Counted from the first letter of the stretch, positions 50,495 to 60,008 are shown. The stretch: DNA of 64,000 nucleotides from Polyangiales bacterium (GCA_044229975.1 JBGARZ010000013.1:160001-224000); one strand, 5' to 3'. Notes: generated by a model not told the origin, from the letters alone. Program-made: numbers and translations.

Positions 50495-52204
50495 TCACTT
50501 CTTGCGGTTCTTGCGGCGCGCGTCGCGCTCCTGCTTGCGCTTGTCCTTGGGCTTGCCGAGCACCGCCGTGCGCGGCCGCGCCGCCGGGGCGCCGCCCATC
50601 ATCCCGCTGGGATCGCCGCCGCCCATGAGGGCGCGCATCAGCTCGTTGGGGTCGCCCATTCCGGGGAAGCCACCCATGCCGCCGGGCATTCCGGGGAAGC
50701 CACCGGGCATCCCGGGGAAGCCGCCGCGACCGCCGCCGCCGCCCGCCACCGCGGACTCCAGCATCTCCTGCGCGATCTGCGCGATGGCCGCGTCGTCCCC
50801 CTGGACCTTGACCATGTCCTTGAGCTTGCGCGCCATGGCGAGCTGCTTCGCGCCCGGCATCTTCTGGAGGAAGCTCGCCTGCTGGCCGATGTTGCCCATC
50901 ATGTCGCGCATCATCACGAACTTCGCGACGAGCTCGGCCACCGCCTCGGGCTGATACCCCGAGCCCTTCGAGACACGCTGAACGCGCCCCGGCTGGGTCT
51001 TGAAGAGGTCGGCGTCGCGGCGCTCCTGCTTCGTCATCGAGGCGACGATGACCTTGGCCTTGTCGAGCTCGCGGTCGTCGACCTTCGCGTCGGGCGGGAG
51101 CATGCCGCTGAAGAAGGGCATGCGATCGAAGAGGTCTTGCAGCGGACCCATCTTCTGGATGGTCTCGATCTGCGCGACGAAGTCATCGAGGGTGAACTGC
51201 CCACCCAGCATCCGCATCGCGTCTTCTTCGGCGCGCTTCTCGTCGACGACCTTCTTGAAGTCGTTGACCACCGAGACGATGTCGCCCATCCCGAGGATGC
51301 GCGACGCCATGCCGTCGGGGCGAAACGCTTCGAGCTTGTCGAGCGACTCACCGACACCCGCGTAGCGGATGGGGATGCCCGTCACTTCGCGGATGGAGAG
51401 CGCCGCGCCGCCGCGGGCGTCGCCGTCGAGCATGGTGAGCGCGATGCCCGTGAGCCCGAGCGTGTCGTGGAAGGCCGTCGCCGTGGCGAGGGCGTTTTGC
51501 CCGATGGCCGCGTTGACCACGAGCAGGATGTTGTTGGGTTTCGTCTCGCTCTTGATGGACCGGAGTTCGTCCATCAGCACCATGTCGATGGCGAGGCGGC
51601 CCGCGGTGTCGAAGATCACCACGTCCTTCTTCTGGACCTTGGCGACCGCGAGCGCGCGCTTGCACACCTCGACGGGGCTGCTGCCGGGCACCGAGAAGAC
51701 CGGGACGTTGATCTTCTGCCCGAGCACGTTGAGCTGCTCGATGGCGGCCGGGCGCTGGAGGTCGGCGGCGACCAGCAGCACCTTCTTGCCCTCGTCGGTG
51801 AGGAGCTTGGCGAGCTTGGCGCTGGTGGTGGTCTTCCCCTGCCCCTGGAGGCCGACCATCATCACGAGGGTGGGCGTTCCCTTCGGGGCCTCGGTGAGCG
51901 AGGCGTTGTCGGGCGAGGCCATCATGGCGATGAGCTCGTCCTGGCAGGCCTTCACGAAGAGCTGATCGGGGGTGACGGTGGCCTTCTTGCCCTGCGCCTC
52001 GGCGCGGAGCTTCACCACCTGCCCGAGGAGCTTCTCCTTCACCCGCGCCAGGAAGCGCTTGGTGACGTTGAGCTCGACGTCGGCTTCGAGGAGCGCCAGC
52101 CGCACGTCGCGGAGGGCCTGCTCGATGTCGGCCTCGGTCAGCTCGGCGACCCCGGTGAGCTTCTGCCTCGCCTTGCGAAACCCTTCGGTCAACGTCTTGA
52201 ACAT
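50495..52204 (-). CDS. ffh: Signal recognition particle protein
   Basis: ALLEADV, GLQGQGKTT, DTAGR, DGDARGG and RILGMGD motifs. Confidence 0.97.
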   Translation of the reverse strand: MFKTLTEGFRKARQKLTGVAELTEADIEQALRDVRLALLEADVELNVTKRFLARVKEKLLGQVVKLRAEAQGKKATVTPDQLFVKACQDELIAMMASPDNASLTEAPKGTPTLVMMVGLQGQGKTTTSAKLAKLLTDEGKKVLLVAADLQRPAAIEQLNVLGQKINVPVFSVPGSSPVEVCKRALAVAKVQKKDVVIFDTAGRLAIDMVLMDELRSIKSETKPNNILLVVNAAIGQNALATATAFHDTLGLTGIALTMLDGDARGGAALSIREVTGIPIRYAGVGESLDKLEAFRPDGMASRILGMGDIVSVVNDFKKVVDEKRAEEDAMRMLGGQFTLDDFVAQIETIQKMGPLQDLFDRMPFFSGMLPPDAKVDDRELDKAKVIVASMTKQERRDADLFKTQPGRVQRVSKGSGYQPEAVAELVAKFVMMRDMMGNIGQQASFLQKMPGAKQLAMARKLKDMVKVQGDDAAIAQIAQEMLESAVAGGGGGRGGFPGMPGGFPGMPGGMGGFPGMGDPNELMRALMGGGDPSGMMGGAPAARPRTAVLGKPKDKRKQERDARRKNRKK

Positions 52205-52287
52205 GGTCCTCTTTGCTAGGGCCGCGCTGCTACCACGGCGGCGGGGATTCCATCAACCCCGGCCGAGCGGGCCAGGGATTCGAAGTC

Positions 52288-52496
52288 GGTGATGGCGGCG
52301 GTGCCAGGCAAAAGGGGCCGCAAGGGCGCGAGGGTCGCAAGGGGGGGAGTGTTTCTGGAGGAGATGGGGACGAGCGCAATGTAGGTGAGGGTGTTGGCTC
52401 GAAAGATTGCTGGCCTACCCGTCCGCCCTCTTGAATCACCACCCCTTGCGACCCTCGCGCCCTTGCGGCCCTTCGCCTCTCCCCGCCGCCATCGCC
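52288..52496. repeat. Long inverted repeat (REPIN/MITE-like)
   Basis: Perfect 30-bp arms at 52315-52344 and 52442-52471, plus outer 14-bp arms with 1 mismatch. Confidence 0.85.
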
Positions 52497-52590
52497 TGCC
52501 CCGTCCATCAGGTCCTGCGGGTGAGCTCGTGACCGACCATGGTGGGACCTTCTGATCGACGCGGACGGCCCGGGCGGACGTCGCTCACGA

Positions 52591-52682
52591 CGACTGGCAA
52601 GCGCAGACGTGCGCGGCACCGTCCCGCTCGACCCGACTGGCAGGCGCGGACGCGCCCGGCGCCGTCCCCTTCGACCCGACTG
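52591..52682. repeat. 43-bp tandem direct repeat (2 copies + start of a third)
   Basis: 52591-52633 versus 52634-52676: 36/43 identical. Confidence 0.8.
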
Positions 52683-52720
52683 AAAGGCCCGGGTGACTCC
52701 GACGGCAGGCGACGGATGCG

Positions 52721-53443
52721 TTACGCAGTGACGGGACGTGCAGGCGACGGGACGTCCGGCTCGGGAGGCGCCTCGGTGACCTGGGCGTCCGCCGGAACGG
52801 CGAGGTCGTAGAAGATCAGCGGGAGCTGGTTGAGCCGCCCCGTGAGGCGCAGCACGCACTCCACCCCGGTGCGCGCCGCGGTGTAGACCTGGAGCCACGC
52901 CATGCGCGCGGCCTCCACCTCCGGGGTGGCCTGGGAGCGATCGGTGCGCGCGTCGTGTGAGTGGTCGACCACGGGCGCGAGCTGGCGGGCCGCGCGCGAG
53001 AACTCGCTGCGCCAGGTGGCGGCATCGCTCACGGGGGTCCCCGCGGCGCCGAGCTTCGCGGAGATGTGGCCCAGCGCCAACAGCACGCGCGCGGCGCTGC
53101 GGCCGACGCCCCCGGCCGTTCCGTCGGCGGTGAAGAAGGTCTTGCGGTCGACGGAGCCGCGGGCGTGACCGTCGAGGTGACGGCTGAAGCGCCCGAGCAG
53201 CTCGATCGACTGCGCCAGCGCCGACACCTTGCCCTGCGATCCCTGGCGCAGCTTCGCGTCGGCGGCCCGCGCGCTGTCGACGGCGGCCTTCACGGCGGCG
53301 GTGGCGTCGGTGATCTCGACGGCCAGATGCTCCATGCCGTCATCGAACGCGGGCACCAGCCCCACGGCCAGCTTGCGGATCATCTTCGCGGCGTAGTCCC
53401 CATAGATCTTCGTCTCGTCGTGATCGATGTAGCGATCCGTCAT
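52721..53443 (-). CDS. Alpha-helical hypothetical protein
   Basis: GAAGGGGA SD before ATG; typical codon usage; Pro-rich tail. Confidence 0.8.
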   Translation of the reverse strand: MTDRYIDHDETKIYGDYAAKMIRKLAVGLVPAFDDGMEHLAVEITDATAAVKAAVDSARAADAKLRQGSQGKVSALAQSIELLGRFSRHLDGHARGSVDRKTFFTADGTAGGVGRSAARVLLALGHISAKLGAAGTPVSDAATWRSEFSRAARQLAPVVDHSHDARTDRSQATPEVEAARMAWLQVYTAARTGVECVLRLTGRLNQLPLIFYDLAVPADAQVTEAPPEPDVPSPARPVTA

Positions 53444-53629
53444 CGTGCGTCCCCTTCGCATGGGCCTCGCGGGACACTCCGCGAGCCATGACAGACGTTA
53501 ACCGGGCCGTGAGGACGGCGACAAGACTCGTCGAACTCGACGGGGGAGAAGGGGCGTAGTAGCGGTCTCTTCGCGACGATGGTCACTGCCTCGACAACGG
53601 TCCCCGCCGCGAACGACACGCCGGATGAC

Positions 53630-54120
53630 GTGAGGGCGCTCTACGGGATCTGGCTGGAAAACTTCCTCTCCTTTAGAGGGCGGACGGACTTCGAGTTGCG
53701 TCCGCTCAACCTCCTCAGCGAGGACCTCGTCGACCCGCGCCACCGCGCCAACCCCTGGGAGCACCTCGCGAAGCGCGAAGGGATCTCTGGCCCCAACCCG
53801 ACGGCACCACGCCCGAGCAGGCGCAGTTGATGGTGGTCTATGTCGAGAGCTGGATCGCGTCCGATCCGCGGGCCCTCGCGAGCTACTACGGCAAGGACTT
53901 CCAGCCGAGCGCTCTCCCGCAGGCGAACGACTTCGAGACGCTTCCCAAGCCCGTCGTGCTCGACTCGCTCAAGAAGGCGACCCGCGCCACGAAGAAGGGC
54001 GAGTACGGCAAGTCCCACGCGTTCGATCTGGTCGGCCTCATCGACCCGCACGAGGTCGTGAAGCGCTGCCGGTACTTCGCGCCGCGCTTCCACCGACTCG
54101 TCGAGGAGCGCTGCGGGTAA
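53630..54120 (+). pseudogene. Deletion-fused remnant: AAA/ABC-type ATPase N-terminus joined to a frameshifted DUF4276-like C-terminus
   Basis: IWLENFLSF...LRPLNLL stops just before the Walker A; continues as SEDLV..PWEHL; frameshift near 53780; then QLMV..ESWIASD...YYG..F. Confidence 0.7.
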
Positions 54121-54125
54121 GGGGG

Positions 54126-54980
54126 TCAGAGCGGCGGGCACTCGCTCCCGAGCGCCGGGTCGGGGTTGCAGTAGATGAACCCCGCCCCCCGCGTGACGGT
54201 CACCAGCACGATGGTGTCGGCCCGCGTCGCGGCGTCGATGCCCGCCCACGCGCGCGCCACCGCCTGCCCGGCCGCCGCGTCCACCGCGAAGACGTGCAGG
54301 ATCTGCTTCACCCACCGCTGCGCCGGGAGCACCCGCACCGAGCTGCGGTTGATGCCCGCGAGCTTGCCGAGGAGCAGGTCGCGCGCGTTGGCCTCGGTGA
54401 GCACCATCGGCAGCGGCCGGTACGCGCGCGTGACGCTGACCCCCACGCGCTCTCCCCCGATGGACACCACGAGGTCGGTGATGGAGTTGGCGCCCGCGTC
54501 GTCGGGCGGCGCATACATCACCTCGGTCTCCGTCGCGACCAGCGCGGCGTCTTCACAGCGATGCAGCACCTCGTAGCTCATCACCTCGGACTCGGCCGAG
54601 CTGCCCCCGGCGTTGGGCGTGTCGTAGAGGCGCTGACCGCCCGGCGAGAGTGACGCTCGGTCGTAGCGCTCACCTGCCATGAAGGAGAGCCCATCCTCGA
54701 CCAGCGAGGGGGTCGGGCTGCGGAGCATGGCGCGGAGGGTTCCGCACGAGCCGGTGTGGGCGCCGAGGCCAGGGAGCGGGCCATCGCGGGTCGCGACGAC
54801 GTCGGTCGGAAGGCCGACATCGATGACCGATGGAGCGTCGAGACGATTGCCCACATCCGTCGGCGTCGGGATGTCGATGGGCGCCCCGGCGTCGGCGCAG
54901 GTGCACACAGCCGGCGAATCGCTGCACCCGAAGAGGCCGAGCGCGAGCAGCACGAAGGGAACGATGAAGCGGCGCATCAC
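54126..54980 (-). CDS. Lipoprotein with a putative restriction-endonuclease-like (AAC4-like) domain
   Basis: LFGC lipobox; NAGGSS..SE, ETEV.Y, ITDL...GVSVTRA and W.KQILHV motifs. Confidence 0.7.
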   Translation of the reverse strand: MMRRFIVPFVLLALGLFGCSDSPAVCTCADAGAPIDIPTPTDVGNRLDAPSVIDVGLPTDVVATRDGPLPGLGAHTGSCGTLRAMLRSPTPSLVEDGLSFMAGERYDRASLSPGGQRLYDTPNAGGSSAESEVMSYEVLHRCEDAALVATETEVMYAPPDDAGANSITDLVVSIGGERVGVSVTRAYRPLPMVLTEANARDLLLGKLAGINRSSVRVLPAQRWVKQILHVFAVDAAAGQAVARAWAGIDAATRADTIVLVTVTRGAGFIYCNPDPALGSECPPL

Positions 54981-55098
54981 GCGCGGACCCTACCAAAACC
55001 GCGGCGCGTCATGGCAACCGCTATGGCCACCGCGGCGGAGCTGTGGCAGGAGTCGGCGGCGCCCGGCGGTGATCGTGCGCTGCGAGGAGTGCGCCCCG

Positions 55099-56274
55099 AT
55101 GACAGACAAGACCCCCGCCACCCTGGTCAAGGCGAAGCCCATCTGGCTCCAGGCGTCGCTCATCGGCTTCGCGAGCATCCACGTCCTCGCCCTCGCCCTC
55201 CCCTTCGTGGTGGGCGTCAGCGTGAAGAGCCTCGTCCTCGCGTTTGCCCTGTACTGGCTGCGCATGTGGGGCATCACGGCGGGCTACCACCGCTACTTCG
55301 CGCACCGGGCCTACAAGACCTCGCGGTGGTTTCAGTTCGTGCTGGCGTGGGTGGGCGCGAGCTCGCTCCAGAAGGGTCCGCTCTGGTGGGCCGGGCTGCA
55401 CCGCACGCACCATCGCTGGAGCGACCAGCCGCGGGACATCCACTCGCCCAGGCAGCGCGGGTTCTGGTACTCGCACGTCGGCTGGATCACCGCGCCCGAC
55501 CACGACGGCACCGACCTCGCGCTCATCCCCGACTTCGCGAAGTACCCCGAGCTGCGCTGGGTCGACCGCTTTCACTGGGTTCCGTTTGCGTCGCTGGTGG
55601 CGCTGTGTGTGGCGGTCGATGGCGCGCGCGGGCTCGTGTGGGGTGGCTTCGTCAGCACCGTCTTCGGCTGGCACTGCACCTTCTTCATCAACTCCCTCGC
55701 CCACGTCTGGGGGTCGCGCCGCTACGAGACCACCGACACCTCGCGCAACAACCCCCTCCTCGCGCTCATCACGCTCGGTGAGGGCTGGCACAACAACCAC
55801 CACCACTACATGAACAGCGCCAACCAGGGCTTCTTCTGGTGGGAGGTGGACGTCAGCTACTACACGCTCCGCGCGCTCGCCCTCGTCGGCGTCGTGCGCG
55901 ACCTGCGCCGCCCGCCCGCCCACGTCCTGCGCGAGAAGCTCGTCGGCGCGGCCGAGGGCGCCGTCCAGAAGCTCGCCGACGCGAAGGCCAGCGCCGAGCT
56001 CAAGCTCATCGAGGCGCGCACCGCCGTCGGCCACGCCGTCGAGAGCGCCGAGCTCAAGCTGTCTGAAGCGCGCACCTCGCTGGAGCACGCCGCGAGCGAA
56101 GCCCGCACCGCCGTCGGCACCGCCGTCGAGCAGGTGACCCAGGCCGCCGAGACGCGGCTCACCGAGGCCCGCACCGCCGTGGAGCACGCCGCCAGCGAAG
56201 CCCGCGACGCCGTCGAGAGCGCCGTCGAGAGCGCCTCGCAGGCGGTCGACGCGACGGCCCCCATCAAGAACTGA
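55099..56274 (+). CDS. Delta-9 acyl-CoA/lipid desaturase with C-terminal helical repeat extension
   Basis: His boxes HRYFAH, HRTHH and HNNHH; EART repeats. Confidence 0.92.
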   Translation: MTDKTPATLVKAKPIWLQASLIGFASIHVLALALPFVVGVSVKSLVLAFALYWLRMWGITAGYHRYFAHRAYKTSRWFQFVLAWVGASSLQKGPLWWAGLHRTHHRWSDQPRDIHSPRQRGFWYSHVGWITAPDHDGTDLALIPDFAKYPELRWVDRFHWVPFASLVALCVAVDGARGLVWGGFVSTVFGWHCTFFINSLAHVWGSRRYETTDTSRNNPLLALITLGEGWHNNHHHYMNSANQGFFWWEVDVSYYTLRALALVGVVRDLRRPPAHVLREKLVGAAEGAVQKLADAKASAELKLIEARTAVGHAVESAELKLSEARTSLEHAASEARTAVGTAVEQVTQAAETRLTEARTAVEHAASEARDAVESAVESASQAVDATAPIKN

Positions 56275-56287
56275 AAGAGGCAGAGCC

Positions 56288-56695
56288 ATGGCCGTGTCGA
56301 TGAGCGGAACGATGCTGGGCGCCACGCACGGCGTGGTGGTTCATGGGCCGTCGGGGACGGAGCTGCGGGTGATGGCCCCGCAGGACAACGGCGGCGACGG
56401 CAGCAGCTTCTCGCCGACGGACCTGTGCGCGGTCTCGCTGGGCGCCTGCGCCGCGATGACCATGAGCCTCTACGCGGGGCGCAACGACATCGACGCGCGC
56501 ATCACCTTCGACGTCACCAAGGAGATGAACCCCTCGCCGCGGCGCATCGGCAAGCTCACGGTGCGCATCACCGTGGCGGGCCCGGTGACCGATGAGCAGT
56601 TCGAGAAGCTCAAGGCGGCCGCGCACACCTGCCCGGTGCGCCGCTCGCTGCACCCCGACGTGGTCATCGACGAGACCTTCGAGCGGGTGGGCTGA
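56288..56695 (+). CDS. OsmC-family protein
   Basis: SPTDL...LGAC and CPV motifs. Confidence 0.88.
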   Translation: MAVSMSGTMLGATHGVVVHGPSGTELRVMAPQDNGGDGSSFSPTDLCAVSLGACAAMTMSLYAGRNDIDARITFDVTKEMNPSPRRIGKLTVRITVAGPVTDEQFEKLKAAAHTCPVRRSLHPDVVIDETFERVG

Positions 56696-56696
56696 G

Positions 56697-58097
56697 CTAC
56701 TCCGGCTCGTTGTCGGTGCTGCGCAGCCCGTAGCGCTTGCACAGCTCGCGCAGGTGGTAGCGCGTGAGCCCCGCCGCCGCCGCGCTGCGGGTGATGTTGT
56801 CGCCGTGGCGCTTGAGCATCGCGGCCAGGTACTGCGGCTCGAAGCCCTCCAGCAGCCGCGTCTTGGCGTCCTTGAAGGGCATCGCCAGCAGCTCGTCGGA
56901 CAGCGCGCCAGCGCCCGGGTCCGACGCCCGCGCGGGTACTGCGAGCAGCCGCGACGCGCTCGCCGGGAGCATGTCGTCGGCGGTGATCTCCGCGCCGTCG
57001 GCCAGCGAGGCCGCGCGCTCGATGACGTTGCGGAGCTCGCGCACGTTGCCCGGGAAGGGTAAGCCCGAGAGGCGATCGAGGGCGTTGTCCGAGAAGCTCC
57101 GCGCGCCCAGGTCGGGGTTGCGCTGGCAGAACCCCTCCAACAGATGACGCGCGAGCAACGGGATGTCCTCGCGCCGCGACCGCAGCGGCGGCAGCTCGAT
57201 GGTTAGCACACCGAGGCGATAGAAGAGGTCTTCGCGAAACGTCCCCGCGGCGGCCATCGCGCGCAGGTCGCGGTGCGTCGCGGCGATGACCCGCACGTCC
57301 ACCGGGATCACCTGCGTCCCACCAAGACGGCGCACCTCGCGGCCTTCGAGCACCCGCAAGAGCTTCGGTTGCAGCCCCTGCTCCAGCTCACCCACCTCGT
57401 CGAGAAACACCGTGCCCTTGTGGGCCTGCTCGAAGCACCCCGGGCGGCGCTCGTTGGCGCCCGTAAACGCCCCGCGCTCGTGGCCGAAGAGGATGCTCTC
57501 GGTGAGGTCCTTCGGGAGCGACGAGCAGTCCTGCACCACCATCGGGCCCGACGCGCGCTTGGACACCCGATGGATGGCGCGCGCGACGAGCTCCTTGCCC
57601 GTCCCCGTCTCGCCCGTCACCAGCACCGTGACGTCGAGCGGCGCGATCTTGTCGAGCTCGGCGAACACCTGCCGCATCGCCACCGAGCGCCCCACCAGCT
57701 CCTGCCAGCGGTCGCCCTCCAGCAGCGGAATCTCGATGGCCCCGTCGCCGGGGTCGATCTGCAACAGCGTCGCGCCCACGCGGAAGCGCGCGCCGAGCGG
57801 CAGCACCACCTCGCGCACCTTGATGTCGCCGAGGAAGGTTCCGTTGGTGCTGCCGCCATCGCGCAGCACCCAGCCCTCCTCGACGGCCTCGATCTCGGCG
57901 TGCGTGCCCGACACCGATCGGTCGTTGAGGCACACCTCGCACACGGCGCTGCGACCCACCACGCAGCGCGCCTTGTCCATCGCCCAGCTCTTGCCGCGGT
58001 CGGGCCCGTCGATGGCCGTCAGCCGCGCCTTGCGCAGCCGCCGCGCCGTCGCCCGACCCGCGATGAACAACGTCTCCAGCGGCGCAGCGTCGCTCAC
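56697..58097 (-). CDS. FHA-domain sigma-54-dependent Fis-family activator
   Basis: GR...SGTH...STNG FHA; GETGTGKE; GAFTGA; C-terminal HTH. Confidence 0.93.
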   Translation of the reverse strand: MSDAAPLETLFIAGRATARRLRKARLTAIDGPDRGKSWAMDKARCVVGRSAVCEVCLNDRSVSGTHAEIEAVEEGWVLRDGGSTNGTFLGDIKVREVVLPLGARFRVGATLLQIDPGDGAIEIPLLEGDRWQELVGRSVAMRQVFAELDKIAPLDVTVLVTGETGTGKELVARAIHRVSKRASGPMVVQDCSSLPKDLTESILFGHERGAFTGANERRPGCFEQAHKGTVFLDEVGELEQGLQPKLLRVLEGREVRRLGGTQVIPVDVRVIAATHRDLRAMAAAGTFREDLFYRLGVLTIELPPLRSRREDIPLLARHLLEGFCQRNPDLGARSFSDNALDRLSGLPFPGNVRELRNVIERAASLADGAEITADDMLPASASRLLAVPARASDPGAGALSDELLAMPFKDAKTRLLEGFEPQYLAAMLKRHGDNITRSAAAAGLTRYHLRELCKRYGLRSTDNEPE

Positions 58098-58101
58098 GGC
58101 C

Positions 58102-58764
58102 TTACGCCTCCACCCGCAGCGCCTTGATGGCCGCCGCATAGTCCTTGTGGCCGAACACCGCCGAGCCCGCGACGAAGACATCGGCCCCCGCCGCGCGCAC
58201 CGCCGGCGCCGTCTCGGCCGTGATGCCGCCGTCCACCTGGAGGTCGATGTCACGCCCGGTCGCGTCGATCATCGCGCGCAGCGCCCTCACCTTCGGCAGC
58301 ACCGCGGGAATGAACGACTGCCCGCCAAACCCCGGGTTGACGCTCATCACGAGGATGAGGTCACAGCAGTGCATGACGTACTTGAGCGTGTCCTCGGACG
58401 TGGACGGGTTGAGCACGGCGCCCGCGCGACAGCCGAGCGCGCGAATCGCCTGGAGGGTGCGTTCGAGGTGGGGCGACGCCTCGACGTGCACGGCGATGCC
58501 GTCGGCGCCCGCCTTCGCGAAGTCGGCGATGTAGCGCTCGGGCTCGACGATCATCAGGTGGCAGTCGACGAAGCGCTTCGTCACCTTGCGCACGGCGCCC
58601 GCCACCAGCGGGCCGATGGTGAGGTTGGGCACGAAGCGCCCGTCCATCACGTCGACGTGTATCCAGTCCGCGCCCGCGGCGTCGATGGCGCGGACCTCGT
58701 CGCCGAGGCGCGAGAAGTCCGCCGAAAGAATGGACGGCGCGATGCGGAGATCTTTGCGGCTCAC
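58102..58764 (-). CDS. rpe: Ribulose-phosphate 3-epimerase
   Basis: APSILSADF, HVDVMDG, MSVNPGFGGQ and VDGG motifs. Confidence 0.97.
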   Translation of the reverse strand: MSRKDLRIAPSILSADFSRLGDEVRAIDAAGADWIHVDVMDGRFVPNLTIGPLVAGAVRKVTKRFVDCHLMIVEPERYIADFAKAGADGIAVHVEASPHLERTLQAIRALGCRAGAVLNPSTSEDTLKYVMHCCDLILVMSVNPGFGGQSFIPAVLPKVRALRAMIDATGRDIDLQVDGGITAETAPAVRAAGADVFVAGSAVFGHKDYAAAIKALRVEA

Positions 58765-58889
58765 GCGGGCAGCGACACCACAGCGCCGCGGAGGTGTCAA
58801 CGACGGCAATGAATGGTACTGCACCCGACGTTCGCTGCGCACGTCGCTGAACCAAGAACTTTTACCCTGCAACGCACGACCTGATCACG

Positions 58890-60008
58890 ATGCGCGTCCT
58901 GCATGTCATCAACTCCATGCGCCGTTCGGGCGCCGAGCGTCACCTCGCCAACATCCTCGAACCGCTGGCCGCTCTCGGGGTCGAAAACCACCTGGTCACG
59001 CTGGTCTCCGGCAACGCCTTCGAGCCGCAGGTGACGCCCTGGACGAGCCGCAGCGAGTTCGCCGTCGAAGACCGGCTCGGGCCCCTCACCATCCCGCACC
59101 TCGCCTCTCTCGCCCGTGAGGTCGACCTCGTGCACACGCAGCTCACCCGCTCGGATGTCTTCGGTCGCGCCGCGGCGGCCCTCGCCGGTCGCCCCTCGGT
59201 CACGACGCTCCAGGTCGCCCGCTACACCCCGCTCGAAGCTGACGCCCTGCCCCTCCCGCGGCGCCTGCGCACCTCCCTGGAGAAGGTCATCGAGCGCGCC
59301 ACCATGCGCCCGTCGTGTCGCTTCATTGCGGTCTCCAACGCCGCGCGCGACGCCTACGTGCGCCACGTCCACTTCGACCCGAACCTCATCGAGGTCATCC
59401 CCAACTCGGTCGATCTCCGCGCCTTCGACCCGAGCGTGCGCGACGACCGCGACGCGCTCCGCGCGAAGTTCGGCTTCGACCCGAACACCTTCTGCGTCGT
59501 GATGGTCGCGCGCTTCGAGTCACAGAAGGCCCACGAGGTCGCCATCCGCGCCGTCACCGCGGCGGCCCGCGAGGCGCCGGTGCACCTCTACTTCGCCGGC
59601 CACGGGTCGACCGAAGCCTCGATGCGCGCGCTCGCCGCGTCGATCTCGGCCCCGGTCACCTTCCTCGGTCTCTGCGAGGACGTGGTCTCCCTCCTCGGCG
59701 CCGCCGACCTCTTCCTCCTGCCATCGCGCTTCGAGGGCATGCCGCTCGCGCTCATCGAGGCCCTCGCCGCGGGCACCCCGAGCCTCTGCTCGGACATCCC
59801 CGAAAACCTCGAGACCGCCGGCCCCGCGGCCGAGTACTTCCCCGTCGACGACGAAGCGGCCCTCACCCGCAGCTTCCTCCAGCTCCGCGCCAACGACGAC
59901 CACCGGCGCGACCTCGGCGAGCGCGGCCGCGTCCGGGTCGCCGACTACGACGCGCGCCGGGTGGCGGCCCGCGTCGCGCGGGTGTTTACAGAAGCCCTCC
60001 GCTCCTGA
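58890..60008 (+). CDS. Glycosyltransferase family 4
   Basis: SGAERH; PSRFEGMPLALIEA. Confidence 0.92.
   Translation: MRVLHVINSMRRSGAERHLANILEPLAALGVENHLVTLVSGNAFEPQVTPWTSRSEFAVEDRLGPLTIPHLASLAREVDLVHTQLTRSDVFGRAAAALAGRPSVTTLQVARYTPLEADALPLPRRLRTSLEKVIERATMRPSCRFIAVSNAARDAYVRHVHFDPNLIEVIPNSVDLRAFDPSVRDDRDALRAKFGFDPNTFCVVMVARFESQKAHEVAIRAVTAAAREAPVHLYFAGHGSTEASMRALAASISAPVTFLGLCEDVVSLLGAADLFLLPSRFEGMPLALIEALAAGTPSLCSDIPENLETAGPAAEYFPVDDEAALTRSFLQLRANDDHRRDLGERGRVRVADYDARRVAARVARVFTEALRS

Noticed and set aside
52205..52720. Possible SRP RNA (ffs) next to ffh
   Set aside because: No SRP helix-8 signature (CAGG...GGAA...AGCAG) seen on either strand.
58850..58889. GAACTT-like ECF promoter before the GT4 gene
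   Set aside because: The -10 element match is too weak.
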